Source: Malacoraja senta (taxonomy: Eukaryota). From it: a stretch of 64,000 nt of DNA. The stretch spans positions 1 through 64,000 of the forward strand of contig JAXLNO010000172.1 of assembly GCA_038087875.1 (NCBI GenBank), in the 5' to 3' direction. A program made the position numbers and the translations under genes. Shown here one piece after another: positions 38,490 to 50,877 of this stretch. Each line of letters starts with the position of its first letter. The first letter of the stretch is position 1. Under the pieces are notes generated by a model. It ran no database searches, was not told where the DNA came from, and saw only the letters and a list, made by a program, of their open reading frames with translations.

Positions 38490-38928
38490 AGTGGGCAAGT
38501 GCTATAGACCTGCACAGGAAGGTAGATGCTCCCACCCCCATGAGTCTCGGGCAGATGGGGCTCGTCAGCCTGGGAAGGCAGTCCATCTAGGAGAGGGAAA
38601 ACTCTGATTTAAAACCTCCACTGCCTTGTGGCCATATCCAGTCATGGAAAAGGCTCCTGGAGTAAACCTCAAGAAAATCCGGAGTCGGAGCCCCTAAGGC
38701 AGTTCGTCGTAGTCTACAACCTCGCTCCTGCAACGGCGCTGGTGCCAAACTGTAATGGCCCTGCTGTTCCTTTGGATCGATCAGCGACGTGGAGAGGGGG
38801 GACATGCTGCATGGGCAACAGCCTGTCCTCCATATGCCATCGCCCAGGCTTGCATCCTACCACACATCACCTGCAAACTAGGATGCATCACCCATGGTCA
38901 GTCATGACTGAAGGGGGCCTACTACTCT
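38490..38928 (+). mobile_element. Non-autonomous RTE-related element (RTE 5'-UTR motif joined to a short-repeat tail)
   Basis: GGCTCGTCAGCCTGGGAAGGCAGTCCATCTAGGAGAGGGAAAACTCTGATTTAAAACC resembles the conserved RTE-clade 5' UTR motif. Ends in CTACTACT. No RT coding sequence. Confidence 0.6.
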
Positions 38929-41617
38929 TCTCCGTAGCTGAACTTCTTTGGGAGGTTAATACAAATTAAAATTAAACTGCAGATGCTGGAAATCTGAAAC
39001 AAAGAATATGCTGGAAAAGTTCAGTCCATAGTTCAATCAGCATCTGTGAAAAAAAAACAGTTAATGGTTTTGCTTGACAAAACCTTCATTAGGAATTGTC
39101 CAGTTTAGAATAGGCACGGGGCAGAATTTTGCCATTAACCATAGGCATGCTGTGATCCCGGGTTAGATCCTGGACTTCAAAGCAATTAAATGTATTGAAT
39201 GGCTGCCTGGAACATTAAAGTTGAAATAAAGATAACCACCTCAGGAAATTCAGAAAATAGGCTAGCCGTGTCATTTGTGATCTTGTGTGATGACATTGAT
39301 GAGAACAGCTTTGTTCCTTTATTCATGCTGCAGTTGCTCAGCAGGTATCCCTGGCATTCAGGTTATGTAGGAGAAAAGTGCTGGAACGGCTTCATATGGT
39401 ATAATTCCTCTGTTTGCTTCCATCTGTCTCTCTGTCTGACATGCCATATGGTCGTCCAAAAATGGACTTGAGATTTTGACAATGGAAGAAGCCTGAACTT
39501 GGTGCAATCAAACCTGCCTTTACTTGTGCACAGGCAACATTCTGCCTGCCTTGAACATAACAAAACTAAGAGAATTTGGCTTTTAAAATGTAGCTGTCTT
39601 GCATCCTTTATTGGAACATTGGAAACGTTTGAAAGCTTGCATTATTCTGTCCTTAATACCAACAATTCAATAATTATATATTTGTGGTATATTTGAATGT
39701 TTATGTATTATGTATTAGAATTATATATTGATTAGGTTATTCAGATAATAACTTTTATAAAAATGTTTTTTTCTTTACTATGTCATTCCATGTCAATAGT
39801 TCTCAATGTTTTCCCCCTTGGATGCAAGCAGACTGGATTGACCCTATATATGCAGAATGTGCATTCACTCATTTCAACAGTGTGAATTTGCTCTTACCCA
39901 TTTTCCTAGTTATACTATTAGAATATATTATCAATATTGGCTTAGTTTGGCCAAATTAATTATGTAGGGTGATTGATAAGAATCACGGTGATGATATTGT
40001 GATGGCACGCACAAGCTGGCACCTCTACAAAGTTAAAAACTAGATTAATGTACAGCAGCCAACAGTGTCATGTGCATACCAGCCTTATTTTATCCACTGG
40101 GCTCTCACTGGGCTGAATTAATTGTATAAATCTACATAACCAAATGATCCTACTTCCAAACATTTGGTTCGTTTTAAAGCATTTTAGGATGCAGCATCAT
40201 TGTTTGTTTTATGTGGTACTTTGTCTAATAATGTTTGGAGCAGCATTGTACATGCAGAAATGTTGGTATGCTGTTAATTCATTTGGTAAATGTTTGCATT
40301 TAATTGTAGTTCTGAGCTTCAAAAATGCAGAATGGGTTGGATGCCATTTTGTAGAACCAAAATTATGATGTTGACCTTCAATTATTTCTGTTGTCACATT
40401 CAAATTGAGCGGACAGTTCAAGCTACAGTATCCAAGATTGCCAGCTGATCCCTGCTGCAACTGAACTATTTAAATGACATTGCTTGATAATAGTGCATTT
40501 AACTATGATGAATGTGTTTTGTGGAAATCAGGGCTCTGAGGGAATTCTCCAACCGTACGCAGGGAAAGTATTTGCAGATAGTTTGATAATGTATATATCT
40601 TTTGATATCAAATCAGCTTGCGACTGATCTTTGTAAATCTTTGTATATTTATTCCCAGGTTATGTTTCATTTTCATTTCATTGTTAAATGCCAATATATG
40701 TAGACATTATTAATTACTTCAGTGACTTTTAATTCTATTATGTACATAAATTGTTCATTTCTGTTTATATATTAGCAGTCTTTAGAATAAAATGGGATAG
40801 ATAGGAAAGGAATATTTTAATGTTATGTGCTCTGCATTGTATGGAGAGCTAAACTAGTTTGTACAGTCCCATTATACTGCCTTAATGTCGGCCTCAATAA
40901 TGCGGCAACAGAAGGATACTTCTTACTTACACATACCCCTGAGCGAGGTTATCTTTTAAGAGTAAAATTCCCATGCAAACATTATTTTGTTACATTGGTT
41001 ATATATTTATACCAAAATCCCCTGAATTTGTGTAACCAATTCACAAATAATTTGATGAATCAAAAGTGAATGTTAATTAAAAACAGAGCAAATTTACTAT
41101 ATTCTCATTGTACTACAGGTGCACATTTCAAAAAATTGGTTTGGTGCAATGCACAGATATTTTTTCTTGGACTCCAATACCCAACAAGGTGGAATCTTTC
41201 ATCTGATTATTCTGGATGTGCTCAAAGACAGCATTTGTAACCACATTGCCACCGAGTTACACATTCAGGAACAAGAATCAGTACTTCCAGTTGAAAGCAT
41301 ATACCCATTTATATATTCCTAATTATTGATAATGCTGAGAAAGAAGATGTGATAAGGTGAAAAATAATTTTCCATGAGTCCTGAACTTAAATGTTTTATG
41401 CAATATTAATTAATTATTCAAAAATTCTGTTCTCATTCCTTTTTGTCAGCTGATAAATTAACAACATTAAATGCCAGGACCACGAACCTGATGTGCAAGC
41501 TTGACAGACTCCTTTATCAATAACCAGTATCTTGTTAATGGAAATTTACTTATATTAAATATTGATCAGACCAGAGCCATTGTTGTGATCCTTTCCCCCA
41601 TCTCATAATAAAATTAG

Positions 41618-41715
41618 GTAGGCACAAAATACTGGAGTAACTCAGAGGGACAGGCATGCTCTGGAGAGAAGGAATGGGTGACATTTTGGGTCGAGACCCT
41701 TCTTCAGACTGAAGG
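41618..41715 (-). mobile_element. Penelope-derived mini-element with 15-bp TSD
   Basis: Reverse complement reads GTCTGAAGAAGGGTCTCGACCCAAAATGTCACC. Flanked by TCATAATAAA(A/G)TTAG at 41603-41617 and 41716-41730. Confidence 0.85.
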
Positions 41716-41850
41716 TCATAATAAAGTTAGTTTCTCAGGCATGAACTGCATTCCTATTCCCGGCAACTGTCTGACAGTGGACAAGGCCTTTACAACTTTC
41801 GTGCCATATCTGACCCCAATCTGAGATCCTCTCCGTAAATTTATGGATTC

Positions 41851-42151
41851 AGGTGGCATGGTGGCACAGCAGTAGAGATGCTGCCTTACAGCGCCAGAGA
41901 CCCAGGTTCGATCCTGACTATGGGTGTTTGACTGTATGGAGTTTGTACTTCTCCCGGTGACCTGTGTGGGTTTCCTCCCATACTGTGAAGTTGTGCAGGT
42001 TTGTCGGCTAATTGGCTTGATATAATTGTAAATTGTCCGTAGTGAGTACAGCATAGTGCTAGTGTACGGGGATCGTTGGTCGCCGTGGACTCAGTAGGCC
42101 AAAGGGACAGTTTCCACGCTGTATCTCTAAACTAAATTAAACGGAACTAAA
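41851..42151 (+). mobile_element. HE1-like V-SINE
   Basis: A and B boxes (GGTGGCACAGCAG, GGTTCGATCC), V domain, tail CGCTGTATCTCTAAACTAAA. Confidence 0.9.
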
Positions 42152-42199
42152 TCATCAAGATTACTTGCTTCCACTTGATTCACCTCGGCTTTAGCATCG

Positions 42200-42470
42200 A
42201 CACAGCTGTTGAATGTGCTAACTTTTGCATGAGGTTAAACCAAGACCATTTCTGCTCTCTCAGTGAGAACAATCCCATGCCACAATCTTGAAGAGGAGCA
42301 GAGCAGTGACCATGAGACCCTAATGGATATTGATCCTTCAATCAATATAACTAAAAAAAATCAAATTGTTCTGAGAGATCTTTCTGTGTGCAAATTTGTC
42401 ACTCCAATTCCCATTCTACTGTAATTAGCTGCTTGATATTAAAGTATAATTGAGCAACCTGAGGTTGCCA
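42200..42470 (+). mobile_element. Old Deu-domain SINE remnant (SacSINE1/AmnSINE1-like)
   Basis: GAGGTTAAACCAAGACC...TCTGCTCTCTCAG...ATCCCATGCCAC..TTGAAGAGGAGCAG...ATATTGATCCTTCAATCAATAT follows the Deu-domain consensus order as I recall it. Confidence 0.65.
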
Positions 42471-44939
42471 TGTCTTTGTAAGAATTGTGTTTGCAAATGC
42501 ATTCTTATTTAATATAATATTTAACAGTAAAGAAATAGAACAAGTTACACACAATTACGATTCAATTGTATAACACTGAGTCTTTCTAAAGCCATGCATC
42601 CTCTGGCATTGTGGTAAGGGATTTGTTCTCAAGTAAACACAAACTCTTCTGCCATCTTTCCTCCCTGCCATTTGGATAAGTAATGTGCAAAATAGAACTC
42701 GTAGATCAAGAGTTTATAGCTATTAACAAATATGATGATGAACTCATCTGAGGACAAAAGCTCACAGGATATTTCCAGTGAGATATTTACAGTCAATTCC
42801 TGCTGAAATCACAGGGTTTGGAATTTAATGATATTAGAGGTTGGCTAGGATAAAATGTTAAACTGTGTGAGAATTTTAGCACTAAACAAGCTTTCAAACT
42901 AGCCACTTCTGATAAACTTCAGTATTTCAAGTTTGGCAGGCATAGACTATCGTGTAATGTTGAAGGAAAAAGTTACTTTTAATGTCTGATGCAGTAAAGA
43001 TTGGTTGAATATGATTACTTAAAAATAAACCAGTAACCACGAAGAGATTTAAGTTACACGTAATTATGTCTGGTACAGTTATTTTCAAAAGGCTTAATGC
43101 GAAGATATTTTGTTATATTTAAGTAAGTGGCAGAAGATTGCTGATATTTTTAACCAAAATTAGTGCACCTTATGCCAAACGTATGCAGCAGAACAGTTCT
43201 GATACTATTTTCATCAAAAGTAGGCTAACTGGAAACATGTTAGTGTTATATACATCGTAACACAGTAGATGATGCAATCATTTACAGAAAATGGCTGGCC
43301 CTATTATAGCATTTGTCAGCTGGTTTGTAGCAGGTTGATAAGTACTCACTCTGCAGTGCACATTTGCAGTATTCCCTGTTATTGTTCCTTTAATGCAAAG
43401 TGAGCAGAGGAAATCACAATAAACCTGGAGCTGAGACTAAAGGGTGAGGAGCAAGCAAGTGAGGCAAGGCGGAAAAGCATTTGAGGCTGGGAGGGAGAAA
43501 CGTTGGGGATGAATGTTGGGTAAATGGGTCAAGGAATGTGTTGGATGCGAGGTGGGACTGATTTCTGGAGATAGGATTAGCAGTTTATCGGTAGGATAGT
43601 GGTCAAGGAGTAGGATTGGAAAAAAGTTTTGAAGTTCAAGGATTGAACATTGTAGCCGGTCAGGCGTAAATTGCAAGGTACAACAGACAAAGAGTTTGGG
43701 AGTAGAATTTGCATCTAATCAGGGAAGTAGTGTTGATAAAATAGGCAATCTAGGATTGAATTGGGTGAGTGGTTGGGTTGTGTAAAGTGGTTGATTACTT
43801 GGAATAGGATTGATAGTTGAGGGGATAGAATTAATACATAGGGCTACGATTAGAATCCAGAGGAGGTTGTTGAGGCAGGTACTATCACAACAATTAAAAA
43901 ACATTTGGACAGGTACATTGATAGTCAACCAATCATAAAGTGCCAATATCATGTACAAAATGCAAAAATAATAATATTACAGAGCTGATGAAATTCCTCT
44001 AACGATTCAGTCATTATTAATGCAAGTGTCACCGAAACAAGAAGTGTTGGTGAGGAGGTCAGCTTTCATTGACCAGAATTATCAGGTAAAATATTTGTGC
44101 CAAGAAATTGGTTCACATGATGCCACATTTTTAATGTTCTGTGATACAATTTCAATGAAAAAAATATTAAAATGTTGGTATATCATGAAAGTTCCATGGT
44201 CGGCAGTTTTTGTTTTGTGTCACTGGATAAGCTTCCAATGGAACACCACATAAGCATAGTCATTTATAAATGTTTATATCTATAACATATGTTGTTGATG
44301 AGGCATTCATGCAAAGGCATATTCTTACAGTGCCTGTGCGGCAGGTTGTGCATGATTTAAAGTTAATCAGACTCAGTGGAAACTCAGTTGGTGATGGAAA
44401 CTGACTGGGTAGCCACTCACAAAGCTGTTCTTCAGACCCTTTAAACCTTCTGCATCCAGAGCAAACACTGAACATCATATCAAGCTCACAACCTTGATCT
44501 TTACCCTGTAACCAATGGACAACCCAATGACCGAAACTTGGGATGACCAATCACACCTTAGTCACCTCAAAGCTTGATTACCAATTGTCCCCCAACAATG
44601 CACATTCCTATCAATCAATTCTCCCACCCAACCACCAATCTGTCTTCCTCAACCACCTATTTTACCCACTGCAAAACAGGCTTGCAAAGACTTCAAATTT
44701 ATTTTGTTATATATTTGTTCAATTCCAGAAATGCTATATTTGTTTAGCTTGTTTTATATTTGTGTGTGGAGCATCTCACTAACATGAAGCCTACAACTCA
44801 TGTTACACCAGGAATGGTACAAAAATAAATTCACAAATGCCATTGTTCTTCAATAAGTTATTGTAAAATGTAAACAATAGTTTCTTTATTTTAGGATTTT
44901 TTTTTTTTTTTTGTCTTAAGCTTGACTTTTTTCTTTTAG

Positions 44940-45080
<141 letters not shown>

Positions 45081-45676
45081 TGATCTCAGTTTTTTCACTT
45101 CCACTTCTTATAGTTAGTGCAGTAAATTGAACGTTGATATGGCATGGTTTAATAAAAAGTATTTTGTTGGAAAGCATTCCCAAATCTTCTGCCACTCGTC
45201 ACTTGGGGAGAAGGACAGTGGGCAAAATATCCAAAACTGTTTCAATATTTGTAAAATATAAAATTACAACTAATATAAATTTCCTTTTTAATGTGACGTT
45301 GAATTTTTAACTCTTCACCTCTCCCTGTACCTATTTGTTTCATTTGCTAACTCTTTATTTACTTACTAAGCTTCCAACAGGTTTTTTTTTCAATACTTTT
45401 TGTGGATATTCCCAATTTCTGAGATTCTTAACAAGATCACATGCAGCTAATGGATTTGTTAGTCATTACCAGTACATCCAATGGCCTGTACTTGTATCAT
45501 ATATTTCACAAAAAGAATTAGAGATAATACTTAAAATATTTTGAGTCAATATTTGGATCTAATATTACATGGGGATAAGACTTCTAGTCTGTGGAACATA
45601 TTGTACCATTTTACCATTCAATGTAGCCTTCAATTTCACCGAGCTATTTTGTCCAAAATCATACAAGGCTATTATG

Positions 45677-47422
45677 TAGAAACATAGACACACATAAAAT
45701 AGGTGCAGGAGGAGGCCATTCGGCCCTTCGAGCCAGCACCGCCATTTATTGTGATCATGGTTGATCGTCCCCAATCAATAACCCGTGCCTACCTTCTTCC
45801 CATATCCCTAGATTCCACTAGCCCCTAGAGCTCTATCTAACTCTCTCTTAAATCCATCCAGTGATTTGGCCTCCACTGTCCTCTGTGGCAGGGAATTCCA
45901 CAAATTCACAACTCTCTGGGTGAAAATGTTTTTTCTCACCTCAGTCTTAAATGGCCTCCCCTTTATTCTAAGACTGTGACCCCTGGTTCTGGACTCGCCC
46001 AACATTGGGAACAATTATCCTGCATCTAGCTTGTCCAGTCCTTATATAATTTTATATGTTTTTATAAGATTCCCCCTCATCCTTCTAAACTCCAGTGAAT
46101 ACAAACCTAGTCTTTTCAATCTTTCCTCATATGACAGTCCCGCCATCCCAGGGATCAATCTCGTGAACCTACACTGCACTGCCTCAATCACAAAGATGTC
46201 CTTCCTCAAATTAGGAGACCAAAACTGTATGCAATACTCCAGATGTAGTCTTACCAGAGCCCTATACAACTGCAGAAGAACCTCTCTACTCCTATACTGA
46301 AATCCTCTTGTTATGAAGGCCAACATTCCATTAGCTTTTTTCACCGCCTGCTATACCTGCATGCCAACTTTCAGTGACCGGTGTACAAGGACACCCAGGT
46401 CTCACTGTACCTCCCCCTTACCTAACCTAACTCCATTGAGATAATAATCTGCCCCCTTGTTTTTGCCACCAAAGTGGATAACCTCACATTTATCTATATT
46501 ATACTGCATCTGCCACGCATCTGCCCACTCACTCAACCTGTCCAGGTCACCCTGCAACCTCCTAACATCCTCTTCACAGTTCACACTGCCACCCAGCTTT
46601 GTGTCATCCGCAAACTTGCTAGTGTTGCTCCTAATTCCCTCTTCCAAATCATTAATATATATGGTAAACAGTTGCGGCCCCAACACCGAGCCTTGCGGCA
46701 CTCCACTCACCACTGCCTGCCATTCTGAAAAGGACCCGTTCACTCCTACACTTTGCTTCCTGTCTGCCAACCAATTTTCTATCCACGTCAACACCCTATC
46801 CCCAATACCATGCGCTCTCATTTTAGTCACCAGTCTCCCGTGCGGGACCTTATCAAAGGCTTTCTGAAAGTCTAGATACACTACATCCACTGGCTCCCCT
46901 TCATCCATTTTACTTGTCACATCCTCAAAAAATTCCAGAAGATTAGTCAAGCATGATTTTCCTCTCGTAAATCCATGCTGATTTGGACTAGTCCTTTTAC
47001 TGCTATCTAAATGCCCCATTATTACCTCTTTAATAATTGACCAGCATCTTTCCCACCACCGAAGTCGGGCTAACTGGTCTGTAATTCCTCGTTTTCTCTC
47101 TCGCTCCTTTCTTGAAAAGTGGGATAACATTAGCTATCCTCCAATCCACAGGAACTGATCCTGAATCTATTGAACATTGGAAAATTATCACCAATGCGTC
47201 CACTATTTCTAGAGCCAGCTCCCTGAGGACCCTGGGATGCAGACCATCAGGCCCAGGGGATTTATCATCCTTCAGTCCCATTAGCCTACCCAATACTATT
47301 TCTCGCCTAATGAACATTTATTTCAGTTCCTTGACCCCCTTAGATCCTCTGTCCTCCCGTACTTCTTGGAGATTGTTTATGTCTTCCTTAGTGAAGACAG
47401 ATCCGAAGTACCTGTTCAACTG
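45677..47422 (-). mobile_element. CR1 LINE, 5'-truncated, with 3' tail
   Basis: ORFs carry KSPGPDGLHPRVL, YLDFQKAFDKVPH, GVPQGSVLGPQLF, KFADDTKL and LYRALVR.HLEYC. Tail near 45677. Confidence 0.95.
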
Positions 47423-47471
47423 TAAAAATATGAAGTGGTCCAAGAACTGCAGCCACATCCAATCTATGTTT

Positions 47472-47565
47472 GTCTGAAGAAGGGTTTCGGCCCGAAACGT
47501 TGCCTATTTCCTTCGCTCCATAGATGCTGCTGCACCCGCTGAGTTTCTCCAGCATTTTTGTGTAC
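47472..47565 (+). mobile_element. Penelope-derived mini-element with an intact minimal hammerhead core and 8-bp TSD
   Basis: CTGAAGA-A-GGGT-TTCG-GCCC-GAAA-CGTT at 47474-47501. CTATGTTT duplicated at 47464-47471 and 47566-47573. Confidence 0.85.
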
Positions 47566-48165
47566 CTATGTTTTCATTTCCCTGACAAAGCAGCAAAGGC
47601 TGCACATAAATACAAGCAGAGACTGAATTGTTTGTTATTTACTGGGTCTTCATCATGGTGAAGTTGGATTTGCAGGCTGATGCCTCCATTATGTGTTGTT
47701 TGTCCAGTCCATATCTTGGCAACACCAATTTTTTTTTATCCTTCTTGTTAACCCTTCATGTATTTAATTCCCAAGTATAAATCTATCCCCCCCTTTTAAA
47801 CACCTCAATTCAATGAAATGTTACCATTTCTGAGGTCCTCACAAATTGCTGGTCAGAATTAAATAATATCATCGCTGTTCAATGGAATAACCAAAGGTCA
47901 TTTTCTCACAATTCTAAAGCTATTAATTAATTGCTTTGAGTTTGACCTTGCTGAGAGTTCATAACATACTGTAACTGTTAGTCACCTTTCTTACCTTTAA
48001 ACTTAGCAATGAATTCAAAACATATAATTTTTTTAATGTTCACTCACTGCTTCATTCCTCAAAACTGAAATGAGTATTGCCAGTTGGCATGGTGTATTGA
48101 TTTACGAAATTTCAAAATATCTATTCCATTTTGTATTTTGGCCTACAATTTATTTCTTAAACTTT

Positions 48166-48488
48166 GCGCAGTGGCGCAACGGTAGAGTTGCTGCCTCACA
48201 ACCCTTGCAGCACCAGAGACCCGGGTTCGGTCCTGACTACGGGTGCTGTCTGTATGGCGTTTGTACGTTCTCCCCGTGACCACGTGGGTTTTCTCCGAGA
48301 TCTTCGGTTTCCTCCCATACTCCAAAGACGTATAGGTTTGTAGGTTAATTGGCTTGCTATAAGTATAAAATATTATCCCTAGTGTATGTAGAATAGTGTT
48401 AATGTGCGGGGATCGCTGGTTGGTGCATACTCGGTGGACCAAAGGTCCTGTTTCCGCGCTGTATCTCTAAAACAAAAAAAACTAAAAC
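48166..48488 (+). mobile_element. HE1-like V-SINE
   Basis: GTGGCGCAACGGTAGAG, GGTTCGGTCC, V domain, tail TTTCCGCGCTGTATCTCTAAA. Confidence 0.9.
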
Positions 48489-50712
48489 TTTCATAATTAA
48501 CCATTACTGTCACATTGTTTGCTTCTTTCATTGCTACCTGTGTGTATGCACCTTCTTCACTTTACATCAGTGTGCTGAAAGTGATAAATTACTCCCACTG
48601 CAACCATTTTATTTTCTCAAATTTAATCTATATTGGTTTTCAGGTCTCTCCTTTGTACTGTTATGGTTCTCTCGTGAATGAAGTCCCAATTTTTACTATA
48701 TAATCTGGACCTTGGTGTATTTCAGTCACACTTACACATATGCTTCAAATACCTCGATTTTATTTATAATATGATGATATGAATATGAATTAGGGAATTA
48801 CATGCTGTTATGTGGCAGTTTCTGCATTTATACCCCCAGAGGCTGCTTGCAAGACCTGGAAAATCACAAGTAACCTGTCCTTTCATTTTCTTGCTAGCGG
48901 CAGCAAAATGTCAAAAATTGACTGTTTGCATCAAATCAAATGAACTATTTTGTTTAGTTTAGCTTTTTTGTTTCATGCACCCATTCAGTGGAAAGATTGT
49001 ACATGATTACAATCAAGCTGTCCACAGTGAACAGATACAGGGTAAAGGGAATAATGATTAGTGCAAGATATAGTTCAGTAAAGTCTGATTAAAGATAGTC
49101 CGGGCAGCTTCAATCGAACTTGATATGCTTGCGTTTGTCTTTTGAGCATAGAATGGACAGAAAACATAACTATTTTGTAGTGGATTAACTTGCACCCATT
49201 CTGTATGGAAGTTGATTCCATGGTTAAATTCACACTGATCAGTTTTCATGGGAACGGGTGGTTATCTAAAATGGACAGCTGATGTTGTATTTTGCTGAGA
49301 TATTTTGGATGGAAACAGTTCATCTAGCAACTACAAGTGAATAAATAGATAATAAAGATTTTTTTTTAAAGAACTGCAAATGTTGGAAATTTGAATTAAA
49401 GATATAAACACTCAGAAGGTCCAGGAAACAAAACCTATTCATATATTGGGTCCTAGATCTATTTATTAATGAAATAGATATGTTCCTTACCCCACTCCAC
49501 ATTTTGTTTGAAAGCCACAGCCTAACTCACCATCCATGCATGGTTCAAAAGGGATGTTCCCCTGAATTCAACCAATTTCTCCTCCATAGGCCCTGCTATA
49601 TCCACAATAATAACTCAAGTGCACAGTTGGCACATTTTGAATAAATGTCTCCTATGACCATAGCAAAATTCTGAATCAACCCCATGCCCCATTGTAACAG
49701 AGAAGCCATCATCAAACTCAATTTATTTTCAGATAACCTGCAAAGTGATCACAGAAAGAAATTAAATCTTATTCAAGTCTGGTACCCTACAATACAAAGA
49801 CAGAAAAGCAGTGAAGCGAGTTTGAGGATATTGAAAACTAGTACATATAAGCTTGCATGTGAAGGCTATATTTATTTATTTGGCTGTGCAGCCACAATAT
49901 TGATAGGGGAAGGAGCCAATGATGGATTATTTTAGAGCTTCAGAGGTAGCATTGTGTACAGTAAAATAAGCCACTGCTGGAATTTATCTGACAATGATTG
50001 AATGGAAAAGAATAGAACTAAGCCAGGGGCAATAGACAACCGGATTTCAAGAGCAACTTTATGGCATTTGTGTCCAAAGGCTACAGAGAAGAGAAGGAAG
50101 CTCTTACATCATGGTCATAATGACATAATTGTGTGCCAGAGAGAAAAGCAAGACAAGGCACAGCTTGCGGTGTAGGGTCAGTTTTTATGTAATCTCAATG
50201 ACTTTATAAATTCTTCCACTTTCTCATCAGTGCAGACTTTTCAAGTTTCTGTTTACTTATGATGCACAGATGCCAGAAAAAAAACAATCATAGATGTATT
50301 GGCTAATTGCAGCTTATAGCAGAAGTTGTTTTAGCCTGAAAAGTGGCAAAATAGGAGGGAATGGCTAGATTTCTGGGCATCATATCATGTAATAATCTGA
50401 TCATATGTGAGGAAGGAACTGAAATGTTCTCCTTTGTATTGGTTTATAAAATGTTTAGTTTAGATTTTATTATGCAGACTAGCTTGACTTCTTTGTCAAC
50501 TGAAGTGGGACTCCAAAACTAGCTGCTTGGAGTGAAAGCAATACAATTTCAAAATCTTTTTGTTTAAATTTACCAATTTTCCAGATTTTATCTGTATGTA
50601 ACAAATTAGGTCGAGTTACATGCATGTGCATGGACTGATATGGTTTTAATGGTGTTAAAGCAATAAAAGCCTCCTTGGAAGAAACATTCATTGGAATATA
50701 TTTGAACAATAG

Positions 50713-50877
<165 letters not shown>

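Noticed and set aside
39280..39445. Possible C/D snoRNA (GTGATGA ... CTGA)
   Set aside because: The terminal stem is weak and I recognised no guide complementarity.
39499..39575. Peptide SACLEHNKTK resembling DNMT3 exon 21 (CLEHGRIAK), a possible duplicated exon
   Set aside because: No matching upstream residues and no GT donor at the expected position; probably chance.
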